This document shows, in pieces, positions 19,007 through 28,658 of a stretch of DNA of 64,000 bases. Both the position numbers and the translations under genes were made by a program. Under the pieces are notes generated by a model that saw only the letters and a list, made by a program, of their open reading frames with translations, did not search any database and was not told the DNA's origin. The stretch's first letter is position 1. The number at the start of each line of letters is the position of its first letter. The DNA is from a virus (Duplodnaviria > Caudoviricetes), in the IMG/VR virus record IMGVR_UViG_3300031965_000021, positions 3,175 through 67,174 of that record; one strand, written 5' to 3'.

Positions 19007-19383
19007 TGGAAAGTAAAATAATCTCTATTGTCGGAATGGTTACAGGTTGGATTTTGTCGGCATTGGCTCTTGCAGCATGGGTTGGAAAACTAGGAAACAG
19101 AGTGGATAAGTGTGAAGATGATATAAAAGACCTTTCTAGCGCTGTTACTCTCCCACAATGTATAGAAAGAATGGATGCGATAAAATCAAATTCCAATTTG
19201 CAATTTAACCATGCTGCTGAACGACAAATAGAGATTAAAAAACTAATCCAAGAACAAAACGAAGCAGTCTTGTTGCTTAATGAACAAAATGAAAGGAGAT
19301 TGGCAAAAGTTCAGGAATTAGCTGAGGAACGTTTTGATAGATTGGTTGGGCTATTGGTCAAGAACATAGAGAATAATAAATAA
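19006..19383 (+). CDS. membrane-anchored coiled-coil protein (holin/antiholin/spanin-like)
   Basis: N-terminal TM segment then coiled coil; in the lysis cassette. Confidence 0.5.
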   Translation: MESKIISIVGMVTGWILSALALAAWVGKLGNRVDKCEDDIKDLSSAVTLPQCIERMDAIKSNSNLQFNHAAERQIEIKKLIQEQNEAVLLLNEQNERRLAKVQELAEERFDRLVGLLVKNIENNK

Positions 19384-19400
19384 TTTAAATAGGAGAGAGC

Positions 19401-19601
19401 ATGTACAAATTATCTGTAGATTTTAAAAAATGCAAAGATTGCTGGACATGTGAAACTCTCCTTCCTCGATTCCGTTCTGTATATGGTGGGTCGTTGCTAA
19501 TCAGTGAAACAAAAATCGCTGATGAAGAAATCAGGGCAGCAGCAAGAAGAGTACAAGATGGCTGCCCTAATGGCGCGATAAAACTTCAGAGGGTTGAATA
19601 A
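19401..19601 (+). CDS. ferredoxin-like protein (single Fe-S cluster type)
   Basis: CKDCWTC...CPNGAI (CxxCxxC..CP) in 66 aa; GGAGAG RBS. Confidence 0.65.
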   Translation: MYKLSVDFKKCKDCWTCETLLPRFRSVYGGSLLISETKIADEEIRAAARRVQDGCPNGAIKLQRVE

Positions 19602-20089
19602 TGTTTAGACCTGAATATTTGCGTGACATCATAAGGCTTTCAACTAGGACAATTAACAGATGGTCACCAAACTCTGAAGAAATCCAAATAATGATAGCTG
19701 CCCACGAATCCTATCTTGGCCTGCACTTAAAGCAAATTGGCGGAGGACCAGCAAGAGGTCTGTACGGCATGGAGTTTGGCGTGGATTCAAAAGGCAAGGA
19801 CAGAACGGAGTGTGATATCTGGCGATCGTATTTGTCCTTTAAACCTGGAATAGTGGCACAAATCAAAGCACTTGGTGGTCCGAGTGGACCTGATGAGTTA
19901 CACCTGACATACAATTATGTTTACGCAACAATTATGTGCCGGATTAAGTTGTTACAATGCCCTGGTCCTTTACCTGCTGCTGATAACATTCCGGCTATGG
20001 GAGAATATGCCACAAGATTTTGGAATGGGGGCGGCAAAGCCTCACCGCAAAAATATATCAATGATTATGAACGGCTAGTTTTAAACTAA
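19601..20089 (+). CDS. lysozyme-fold endolysin/transglycosylase-like protein
   Basis: AAHES..L.Q.GGGPARGLYGME pattern; coupled to the ferredoxin gene. Confidence 0.55.
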   Translation: MFRPEYLRDIIRLSTRTINRWSPNSEEIQIMIAAHESYLGLHLKQIGGGPARGLYGMEFGVDSKGKDRTECDIWRSYLSFKPGIVAQIKALGGPSGPDELHLTYNYVYATIMCRIKLLQCPGPLPAADNIPAMGEYATRFWNGGGKASPQKYINDYERLVLN

Positions 20090-20107
20090 AAGGAAACAGG
20101 TCTTAAA

Positions 20108-20524
20108 ATGGCAACACTAGATACCATACGAGTTTTAATTCAGGATACCAGTTTAACCCCAATAATGGCCGATGCTGATATCGAAGCTGTTCTCTCGATA
20201 GAAGACAACGTTTATAGGGCAGCATCGACCTGTTGTAGGGCCATGGCGGCCTACTTTGCTAAAAAGGTATCTCTTACTATAGATGTTATAAAAATCGCTA
20301 ATAATCAGAAATTTGAGCACTATACAGCGTTAGCTAAGTTTTATGACCAAAGAGCAAGGGAGGGTGGTGGCTATATTGGTGGTGGAGCGGTTGGCACAGG
20401 TGTTCTTTTAACAGGTGTTTCTGCTTCTGAAATGGATGCTGTAATAGATGATACTGACAGGGTAGATTCAGTTTTTTATGTAGGGTTAAATGATAATCCA
20501 AATCCTGATGAGGAATTAAGTTAA
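20108..20524 (+). CDS. head-tail adaptor
   Basis: 138 aa; IRVLIQDT..D.DIEAVL start; synteny. Confidence 0.6.
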   Translation: MATLDTIRVLIQDTSLTPIMADADIEAVLSIEDNVYRAASTCCRAMAAYFAKKVSLTIDVIKIANNQKFEHYTALAKFYDQRAREGGGYIGGGAVGTGVLLTGVSASEMDAVIDDTDRVDSVFYVGLNDNPNPDEELS

Positions 20525-20874
20525 TGGCCGATTTAACAATTCCTGCTGATATTATAGAGGGCTTTTTAGAAATACTGGAAGAGGTAGGGGTTGAAGGGCA
20601 ACTACAAATTAATACTGTATCTGGTACAGAATTTAATCCTATAATAACCCCTTCAACAGAAAACATTGATCTTGTTCCTGTTAATTACAAAGTAAAAGAA
20701 ATTGACGGAACAGTAATTCAACAGGGCGATAGGAAGTTTTTATTTTTATCTACTGCTATTCCAACAACAACCGGGAAAGTTATTTTAGATAGTATCAATT
20801 ACAATATTGTTGATGTTCAAATAGTAGCTGTATCGGGAGTAACGGTTTTATATAAAGTCCAGGGCAGGAAATGA
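20524..20874 (+). CDS. head closure/joining protein
   Basis: IDGTVIQQGDRKF...YKVQGR pattern; synteny. Confidence 0.65.
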   Translation: MADLTIPADIIEGFLEILEEVGVEGQLQINTVSGTEFNPIITPSTENIDLVPVNYKVKEIDGTVIQQGDRKFLFLSTAIPTTTGKVILDSINYNIVDVQIVAVSGVTVLYKVQGRK

Positions 20875-21296
20875 GTTTTGCTGACGACATTAAGAGGTTT
20901 GCTGAAAAGACAAATAACACGATTGACGAGGTTGTTATATCTTTTGTGCTTGATGTCTCTGAGAAAGTAATTGTTGGGGATGGCGGAGGTTGTCCAGGAA
21001 CTCCTGTTGATACAGGTTGGGCTATTAATAATTGGGTTGCTACTGTTGGCACTCCTAATTCTTCTGTACCAAATCAGGCTGATAAATTAGCTCAAACAGC
21101 ATTGACAGGCGTAGCTTTTATGGCTCTTTCAGCTCCTGGAAAAATATATTATTTAACCAATAACGTTGTTTATATAAATAGACTTGAATACGGATATTCA
21201 AAACAGGCACCAAGAGGAATGGCCAGGCTAGGTGTTATGGCCGCCAAAAAGGAAATGATGAGAAAGGTCAGGAGGGGTTATGGTTCAGTTCGTTAA
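20871..21296 (+). CDS. HK97 gp10-like neck protein
   Basis: TPVDTG.A..NW, NNVVYI.RLEYGYSKQAPRGM motifs. Confidence 0.8.
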   Translation: MSFADDIKRFAEKTNNTIDEVVISFVLDVSEKVIVGDGGGCPGTPVDTGWAINNWVATVGTPNSSVPNQADKLAQTALTGVAFMALSAPGKIYYLTNNVVYINRLEYGYSKQAPRGMARLGVMAAKKEMMRKVRRGYGSVR

Positions 21297-21320
21297 CTCA
21301 AACAGAAAGGAGGTGATCTA

Positions 21321-21728
21321 GTGTCTACAGCCTTGGTCCATTTAGCTATTCAGTCCGCCTTGGCTGCGTTGACTCCAGCTATATCTAACAGCTGGGAAAA
21401 TGTCAATTTCGTTCCTGTTGCTGGCACACCGTTTCAAAAGCTGAATATCCTTCTTTCTGACCCTGATAATTTAGGTTATGGGTCCGGACCTTATCGAGAA
21501 GAAGGGTTTTTTCAAGTTTCTCTGTTTTACCCCAAGTATGCCGGAACAGCAACAGTACAAGCAAGGGCTGATTTAATTCGCTCAACATTTTACCGAGGGA
21601 GGATATTGACGTCCGGCTCTCAAAAAGTAGTAATTCAAAGGACTCCGACTATTTCGGCGGGCCGGGTGGATGGTGACTATTACATGGTACCAGTCACCGT
21701 TTATTTCTTTTCTAACACAGGAGTATAA
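21321..21728 (+). CDS. tail terminator protein
   Basis: WENVNF.P..GTPF..G.FQVSLFYP..G pattern; synteny. Confidence 0.7.
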   Translation: MSTALVHLAIQSALAALTPAISNSWENVNFVPVAGTPFQKLNILLSDPDNLGYGSGPYREEGFFQVSLFYPKYAGTATVQARADLIRSTFYRGRILTSGSQKVVIQRTPTISAGRVDGDYYMVPVTVYFFSNTGV

Positions 21729-21734
21729 AAACAA

Positions 21735-22946
21735 ATGACAATTGCATCTGGTATTTTTAAAGTATTATCAATCAAAAAGCAGACTGGCCTCGGAGTTGCT
21801 GCTTCTGGGGCTGACGGTACCGCCCTTCCTAGAACCTCTTCAAACATTGCTTTGAAGAAAGCTTCTTATGGTTCTGCCACTATCAAGTTGAGCCAACAGC
21901 GTTCCGACTTCCGTCATGGTATCCGCTCTGTTGACGGAACTATCTCAGGGGAGCTGAATGTTGGTGTATATCAGCTCTTTGAGGCTTCTATGCTCAGACA
22001 GGCTTGGCAAACAGCGGCTACCACCACAGAGATTTCTGATGTGACCGCATCTGCCACTGGGCCTCAATATGTTCGTGGTTCTGGATCCTTCTTGACTAAT
22101 GGGTTCAAGACCGGTGATGTTATCCGTTGGGCTGGTTTTACAGCTACTCAAAACAACGCCAACAACTTTCTGATTACTGCCCTTACAGCTACTCAAATGA
22201 CGGGTATCCACCTTAATGGCGATGCTGTTGTTGCTGAGGCAGCTGGTTCTTCTGTTACTGCCGCTTTAGTTGGGAAGAAAACCTGGATTCCTCAAACCGA
22301 TCACACTCGGGACTACTACAGTATCGAACATTTCCATTCTGATATTAATCAGTCTGAGCTTTTTACTGATTGTATGCTGGGCCAAATGGCCGTTAAACTT
22401 CCCGCAACCGGTATGGCAACAGTAGATTATTCGGTTATGGGCTTGAATATGACAGCCGGGACATCTCAAGTTCTCACTACCCCCGTAGCGGCTACCGAAG
22501 GTGGTAATATCGCTGCTGTAAACGGCGCTCTGTATATTAACGGTACCGCTGTTGGTTTGATTACCGGTTTGGATTTTACCGTTAATGGCAACGTGACTGC
22601 CCCTGGTGGTGTAGTTGGTTCTAACGTGGATCCTGATCTTTTTCCAGGCGCGTTTGATGTTAAGGGTAATGCCACTGTATATTTCCAAGATGCGGTAATG
22701 AGGGATATGTTCATTGATGAGGATGAGGTAGCGATTGTAGCCGCATTTACAACCGGCTCTGATAAAGATGCTGAGTTCAAAGTCTATGTCTTCCCACGGG
22801 TTAAGTTTGATGCCGCTTCTAAAGATGATGGTGAGAAAGGCTTGATTGCAACTATGGGTTGGACTGCTCTTGAGAATATCGCTGGTGGAGCGGCTGTTGA
22901 TTCTGTTGCGTCAACTATGTCAATTCAAGACAGTAAAGTGGCATAA
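21735..22946 (+). CDS. major tail tube protein
   Basis: 403 aa; RHGIRSV.G.ISGE motif; precedes the chaperones and tape measure. Confidence 0.8.
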   Translation: MTIASGIFKVLSIKKQTGLGVAASGADGTALPRTSSNIALKKASYGSATIKLSQQRSDFRHGIRSVDGTISGELNVGVYQLFEASMLRQAWQTAATTTEISDVTASATGPQYVRGSGSFLTNGFKTGDVIRWAGFTATQNNANNFLITALTATQMTGIHLNGDAVVAEAAGSSVTAALVGKKTWIPQTDHTRDYYSIEHFHSDINQSELFTDCMLGQMAVKLPATGMATVDYSVMGLNMTAGTSQVLTTPVAATEGGNIAAVNGALYINGTAVGLITGLDFTVNGNVTAPGGVVGSNVDPDLFPGAFDVKGNATVYFQDAVMRDMFIDEDEVAIVAAFTTGSDKDAEFKVYVFPRVKFDAASKDDGEKGLIATMGWTALENIAGGAAVDSVASTMSIQDSKVA

Positions 22947-22971
22947 TAATAGTACGATTTATTTTATAAGA

Positions 22972-22993
22972 GCCTGGCTGTAAAAGGCCAGGC
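22972..22993 (+). terminator. GC-rich stem-loop after tail tube gene
   Basis: GCCTGGC-TGTAAAAG-GCCAGGC. Confidence 0.45.
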
Positions 22994-23025
22994 GTAATTA
23001 CAACCAAATTCCAATTATTGGAGAA

Positions 23026-23460
23026 ATGAAAATCATGGAAAACCAATCTTTTAGCCTCTCAATGTTTGATACAGTTTCTGCTTGTAACAGTGGCGCCAAA
23101 ATAGAACTGCTGAAACCAAATGGTGACGGTTCAGGCATTTTTATTTTTATTCTCGGGCGCGACTCTGATGTGTATAAAACTTTTGAAAGAGAGCAACGTG
23201 ACTCTATGAACAGGAAGATCATGTTGGCTCGAAAGAGAGGTCAAGATATCCGCCTTGATTCCGCTGAGATGACAGAAGAAAAGGAAATTGAGTTATTGGC
23301 CAGACTGACTACCGCTTGGGAAAATGTCCCTGCTTTTGATGGTCAAGGGCTGCTTCCTTTTAGTAAAGACAATGCAATTATATTGTACACCAAATACCCG
23401 TCTATTCGGAGGCAGATGGATGACGCTTCTGGGGATATGCAAAATTTTATAAAGAGCTGA
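23026..23460 (+). CDS. tail assembly chaperone (gpG-like)
   Basis: Between tail tube and tape measure; contains a slippery site near its 3' end. Confidence 0.8.
   Translation: MKIMENQSFSLSMFDTVSACNSGAKIELLKPNGDGSGIFIFILGRDSDVYKTFEREQRDSMNRKIMLARKRGQDIRLDSAEMTEEKEIELLARLTTAWENVPAFDGQGLLPFSKDNAIILYTKYPSIRRQMDDASGDMQNFIKS
23442..23448 (+). promoter_or_regulatory. programmed -1 ribosomal frameshift site A AAT TTT
   Basis: X XXY YYZ heptamer in the G frame; the -1 frame is open (KFYKELIQDLVAFAK..) into 23472-23807. Confidence 0.75.
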
Positions 23461-23471
23461 TTCAAGACTTA

Positions 23472-23807
23472 GTGGCATTTGCCAAATACTTCTTCGAGTT
23501 TGATATAAAAGGAGAGGATGGAAGCACAAAACGTGATCATTTAATGGTTGCTGCAAATGCCACTAAAAAAGTTCCGGTTGAACTTCAGGACCAACCGGAA
23601 CTGCCTGAATCAGCTGCTCATGTGTGGGATTGGTTTTTGGAATTAAACTCTGAAAGAACAGCATCAATGGCCGGACTAAATACAATCAGTTACTCAGAAA
23701 TAAAAGCTTGGGCAGAATTGGAAAATGAGAAATTGGCAGTTTGGGAAGTCAAAGCAATAAAAGCCCTAGACAGGGCCTTCTTGAGTCGTAAGGATAAAAA
23801 TGGATGA
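23472..23807 (+). CDS. tail assembly chaperone, frameshifted portion (gpT-like)
   Basis: -1 frame relative to the upstream ORF; P.LP..AAHVWDWF.EL..R motif. Confidence 0.75.
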   Translation: MAFAKYFFEFDIKGEDGSTKRDHLMVAANATKKVPVELQDQPELPESAAHVWDWFLELNSERTASMAGLNTISYSEIKAWAELENEKLAVWEVKAIKALDRAFLSRKDKNG

Positions 23808-26800
23808 TATTACCTCTCTTCAGATAAAAGTTGATTCTACTCAAGTAAAACAGGGTACAACAGCATTAAACGAACTTGGTAGGTCAGGGGCGGTTGCTGA
23901 GGTCGGAGTAAAGAAGGTTGAGTCGGCTTCTGGCCTTATGTCTTCAGCCCTTGCTAAAGCCGCTACAGCAGCAGCTGCTCTGTACGCATCTCTTCGGCTT
24001 ATGGATAGGTTAAAAGACATTTCTATTTTAGCTTCCCGGTATGAGACTCTCGGGGTGGTAATGAAAGTGGTTGGCAACAATGTTGGTTATACTGGAGCGG
24101 AGATGGACAAGTATACCAAGGCTCTGCAAAAGAACGGTATAGCCATGATAGAAAGCCGGGAAACACTAACCAGAATGGCTGCAGCACACATCGATCTTGC
24201 CAAAGCTAATGATCTAGCTAGGATAGCTCAAGATGCTGCTGTAATTGGCAACACCAACTCTTCGGAAGCATTTAGTAGGATGATTCAAGGTATTCAGCGT
24301 GGTGAAACTGAGATAATGAAAACAATCGGCCTCAACGTTGATTTTATGGGTAGCCAACAGAAGTTGGCCAAAGAACTTGGCATTACTACTCAGCAACTTA
24401 CCCCGATGCAAAAAGTATTATCTAATACTAATGAGGCATTTCGTGCTGGTGTCAGTATAGCAGGTTCTTATGAGGCAGCTATGGGAACAGCCGGGAAAAT
24501 GGCCAACTCCCTCAAAAGATATATTGATGATATTAAGGTTTCTTTGGGTGAGGCTTTTGGTCCAGCCATGACTTTACTTATAGAGCAATTGACCGCTGCT
24601 CTGAAGAAAACAGACACACAGTTAAAAAATAATAAAACTGCTGTTAATGAGTGGGGCCAAGATTTCAGAAAAACCTTAATTGATTTAGAAATACATATAC
24701 ACGGAGTGGCTATCCTGATTGATTTATTAGGTGGCACTCTTACTCACGCTGGGAAGGCTCTTTTTGCTTTTGGCAATGCTATCGGAAATGAAAATTCTGA
24801 AAAACAATATGCCAAAATGATTGAGCTTAATAAAATGTTTGAGGAAAGGGCAATTGCTTCATCCGTAGCAATAGAAAAACTGAAATATGAAAGAGATAAG
24901 GATATTGATTCAATCCGTGAACTTGCTAAAGTTGAAGAAGATGCCAGTGAAGCTAAAAGAATGCGCTTGGCTTTGGCAGCTCAACTACATTTAGAAGCCA
25001 GCGAACAAAGGCAAAAGGCTGAGGAAGAAGCTGCCAAAGCTACCGAAGAAGCCGCCAAAATTGCAAAACAGGCAGCAAAAGAATACGAGATATTTTATCA
25101 ATCCACTCTTGATAGGCTCCTTCCTTTAGTAAAAGAACAAAAGGATTATAATGCTGCTTTGGCGGTTCTTAAAGATATGGATCCAACCCAGTCTACAGAA
25201 GCATATAGGACTGCACTTGATAATCTTGAAAAATCTCTGACTGTAAATATTGAGAAAGCAAAAGAATTAGCAATTGAGAGAGAAAGACTGGCGGAGAATA
25301 TTCAACTTGGCTCTACTGGACCAGATGAATTAAGAAATGCCGCTGCCCCTGAGCAAGTCCAACAACAAAATGAATTGCTCAGATTACAAAATGAATATAA
25401 CGAAGCAGTAGATAAACAAGTTGCTATTCAAAAAGAGTTGGGAACTGCTTATGGCCTGTCTGCGCAAGAAGCTGAAAAGTTAAAAAAGGCTTTTGCTTCT
25501 GAGCAAATAATGAAAGAGGTAGATTCCTTACAATATCTAACCACTTTCTCTGGCCAATCTTTTGGAAATGAAATAGCTGACGGGGTAAATCGTGCCGCTC
25601 TTTCTGTTTCTAAAATGAATACCATGTTTGAGGAACAACTCAAATTACAAGATGAAATTAAAAAGAAAAGGGAAGCAATAACCAAAAGTACCGAACTCGA
25701 TGCTAATCAAAGAAAGAAAGGTCTCAAAGAATTAGATGATCTTGAATCATCAATGCTCTCTGATCAATTATCCGGGTATAGCAATTTATTCGGAACTATT
25801 GGCCAACTCTTTGATGAGAATAGCAAAGAGAGAAAGACCATGCATACCTTAGAAATGGCCTTTGCTGCAGCTGAAATAGCTATAAACGTCCAGAAAGCCT
25901 TAACTAATGCTGTAGTGGCTATAACCAATCAGGGTTCTGGCGACCCTTATACAGCTTTTGCTAGGATAGCCGCTATGGTTGCTATTATGGGTGGAATAGT
26001 CGGTATGATAGGTGGTTCTCTTTCTGGTGGCGGCTCTTCCAGCAAACAGAGTTCTTCCGCTACTACAGGAACGGTATTTGGTGATTCTTCTGCTTCTTCT
26101 GAGTCTCTTAAAAATGCCACAGACATTCTTTCTGAGTTTGAGGAAAAGCAATACTCTGAGTTAAGGGCTATTCACCGAGAAATGACCGCTTTAAATTCTA
26201 ATATCACTGGTTTGGTAACAGGATTGATCAGAAGTGTTGGTGGAGAATTTAATGGAATGACATTGTCTAACACTGTAAACGAGACAGTAAAAAAATTCAG
26301 CATGATGCTTGACCCTCTCACCACTTGGCTTCTCGGGGACAGCTCCGTTGCTAAATGGCTGTGGGGAAGTAAAAAAGTATCTGTAACAGGAACAGGAATA
26401 GATGTTGCGCCAACAACAGTGGGGTCATTGCTCGGTGGCGGGGATGCAAGTGTTAGGATGTATCAAGACATAGAAACGAAAAAGAAAGGAATGTTCGGTG
26501 GTTTGTTTGGCGGAAATAGTACTAAAAACTCAACTACTTATACACAGGCGGATGAAGATGTAACTAGACTTTTTACCCAAGTGTTTTCTGGGATGAGTAA
26601 AACACTTGTTGAGCTTACTGAAGGGTTAGGGGCTAATTTATCAACAGCATTGTCGTATGCCTTTACTATCCCTAAACTCAATTTAATGGGCAAAAATGGC
26701 GAGGAAATTACAGAGGCAGTTCAGGCCGCTATTTCTACTGCTTTTGACAATGCTGCTTCTGCTGTATTAGGTGGATTAGTCGAAAAGTATCAACAAGTTT

Positions 26801-28638
26801 CTGAAGGGATGTTTGAAACAGCAGTAAGGGTTTACACCAATCAAGTTGTTGTGATGGACGCGTTAGGGAGAACAGGGAACACTACATATGGCAATATACT
26901 TGATTTGACCCAATCAATTGTTGGGCTGGCTGGGGGCACAAATGAATTTGTTGCTACTTTCGAAAACTACATAGAATTGTTTACTACAGAAAATGAGAAG
27001 TTAGCAAAGTCTTTAGATTTTACCGTAAAGTCAATTGCTGATTTGGGCCTGGTCTTCCCGACTACTAGGGAGGGTTTTTCTGATTTAGTTTCCTCTCTTA
27101 ATGTAACTACAGAGTCAGGCCAAAGGGCGTATGTTACACTATTAAATTTAGCCGATAGTGCCGATCATCTTTATTCTGCTATTGAAGAAATAATGGAGTC
27201 GATAAATGATACATTGGCTAAATTAGGAATGTCTGATGCGGAAAAGAGCCTCTACAATTTAACGAAACAATATGATGAGTATATTGAGACTCTAAAAGCC
27301 TCTGGTGCTGCCTTATCTGATATTAGCAAAGTAGAGAGAGCTAGGACCGGACTTTTAAAAGAAGCCGCTGGTGATTTACTGGCCACCATAACAAGCCAAG
27401 TGGAAGAGTATGCCAATGCGGTAAAAATTGCTGAGGACAATATCCAAAGTGCATATTCCAATGCTGTTTCTAAAAGAGATGCTGCTCAAGAAAGAGTTAA
27501 TAGCTTACTTGAAAAATCTTCTGTTAATTTAGAAAGTTTCTCCAAATCTATCGATAGTTTTTTAAATTCTCTTGACCTTAAAACTTTAGAATCTAACTTC
27601 GATAATTTAAAAGCTCAATTCATGATAACTGCCAGTGCAGCTGCGGGTGGTGATTCTACAGCTCAGAACAATCTTTTGGCACAAGCCAATTCTGTACTGG
27701 CTGCTGCTGAGTCAAATAGTACAGATAGGCTTGAATATGACAAGATAGTCGCCTTAGTTAGATCACAAGTATCAATGGTTCAAGGTTCTATTTCACCTGG
27801 GATAAATACCGATATAGCTGATGCGCAGTCCGAATTGGCAGAAGCAACAAGTGAGCTGGCTCAATTTGAAGTCTTGGCTATCAAAGCCGGGGTTACTTTA
27901 GAAACTTCAGCCGATAAAACCGCTAAACTTTTAGCTGAATTAGATGATGTTTATCAAGAGGCGTTTTTAAATAATGTAGATGCTCAAAGACAATATCAAA
28001 TAGCATTATCTTTAACTAATGGGTTGACTTTTGAAACAGCAACAGCCCTCTCTGAATTAATATCAAATGTAAATGCTCTTCGTTCTACAATGAGCGCATA
28101 TACTAATTCATTTGGTAATGCAAATAACTCTTATTCATCAACGAGTTTTGACCCCGCAAATATAATGTACCTGACTGCTCAGTTGGGTTCTATGTTCGAT
28201 ATTATGGCTGAAATAGAGAGATACAAAAGCCAAATAAATAATCAAATATCAGGAAGTTTTGCTGTAGGAACAGATTATGTTCCTTATGACATGACTGCAA
28301 ATATCCATCAAGGTGAAAGGATAGTTCCTGCTGCTTATAACCGAAGTGACAAAACTAACGCAGAACTATTAGCAGAAATACAACAGCTTCGAAAAGAAAT
28401 GAACGCGGTCATGTATCAAGTGGCAAAAAATACCTTAAAAACTGCCGACTATGCGGAAAGACAAGACGGAACAGTTATGAAGGTAGCCGTTGTGGAGGAA
28501 ATACCAACCTATCAGCGTGAACCTCAAGTAGTTGGTAACACTATAGATGGAGAAACTGGTGGTGACTCTGCAATATTATTGGAAGATGGTACAGTTGCAA
28601 CACAAGAAGATGGATCTTATTGGGGTCAAGAGGGTTGA
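23800..28638 (+). CDS. tape measure protein
   Basis: 1612 aa, helical Ala-rich; C-terminal FAVGTDYVP.DM.A.IH.GERIVP motif. Confidence 0.95.
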   Translation: MDDITSLQIKVDSTQVKQGTTALNELGRSGAVAEVGVKKVESASGLMSSALAKAATAAAALYASLRLMDRLKDISILASRYETLGVVMKVVGNNVGYTGAEMDKYTKALQKNGIAMIESRETLTRMAAAHIDLAKANDLARIAQDAAVIGNTNSSEAFSRMIQGIQRGETEIMKTIGLNVDFMGSQQKLAKELGITTQQLTPMQKVLSNTNEAFRAGVSIAGSYEAAMGTAGKMANSLKRYIDDIKVSLGEAFGPAMTLLIEQLTAALKKTDTQLKNNKTAVNEWGQDFRKTLIDLEIHIHGVAILIDLLGGTLTHAGKALFAFGNAIGNENSEKQYAKMIELNKMFEERAIASSVAIEKLKYERDKDIDSIRELAKVEEDASEAKRMRLALAAQLHLEASEQRQKAEEEAAKATEEAAKIAKQAAKEYEIFYQSTLDRLLPLVKEQKDYNAALAVLKDMDPTQSTEAYRTALDNLEKSLTVNIEKAKELAIERERLAENIQLGSTGPDELRNAAAPEQVQQQNELLRLQNEYNEAVDKQVAIQKELGTAYGLSAQEAEKLKKAFASEQIMKEVDSLQYLTTFSGQSFGNEIADGVNRAALSVSKMNTMFEEQLKLQDEIKKKREAITKSTELDANQRKKGLKELDDLESSMLSDQLSGYSNLFGTIGQLFDENSKERKTMHTLEMAFAAAEIAINVQKALTNAVVAITNQGSGDPYTAFARIAAMVAIMGGIVGMIGGSLSGGGSSSKQSSSATTGTVFGDSSASSESLKNATDILSEFEEKQYSELRAIHREMTALNSNITGLVTGLIRSVGGEFNGMTLSNTVNETVKKFSMMLDPLTTWLLGDSSVAKWLWGSKKVSVTGTGIDVAPTTVGSLLGGGDASVRMYQDIETKKKGMFGGLFGGNSTKNSTTYTQADEDVTRLFTQVFSGMSKTLVELTEGLGANLSTALSYAFTIPKLNLMGKNGEEITEAVQAAISTAFDNAASAVLGGLVEKYQQVSEGMFETAVRVYTNQVVVMDALGRTGNTTYGNILDLTQSIVGLAGGTNEFVATFENYIELFTTENEKLAKSLDFTVKSIADLGLVFPTTREGFSDLVSSLNVTTESGQRAYVTLLNLADSADHLYSAIEEIMESINDTLAKLGMSDAEKSLYNLTKQYDEYIETLKASGAALSDISKVERARTGLLKEAAGDLLATITSQVEEYANAVKIAEDNIQSAYSNAVSKRDAAQERVNSLLEKSSVNLESFSKSIDSFLNSLDLKTLESNFDNLKAQFMITASAAAGGDSTAQNNLLAQANSVLAAAESNSTDRLEYDKIVALVRSQVSMVQGSISPGINTDIADAQSELAEATSELAQFEVLAIKAGVTLETSADKTAKLLAELDDVYQEAFLNNVDAQRQYQIALSLTNGLTFETATALSELISNVNALRSTMSAYTNSFGNANNSYSSTSFDPANIMYLTAQLGSMFDIMAEIERYKSQINNQISGSFAVGTDYVPYDMTANIHQGERIVPAAYNRSDKTNAELLAEIQQLRKEMNAVMYQVAKNTLKTADYAERQDGTVMKVAVVEEIPTYQREPQVVGNTIDGETGGDSAILLEDGTVATQEDGSYWGQEG

Positions 28639-28658
28639 TATTTAAATAAGGAACGTAA

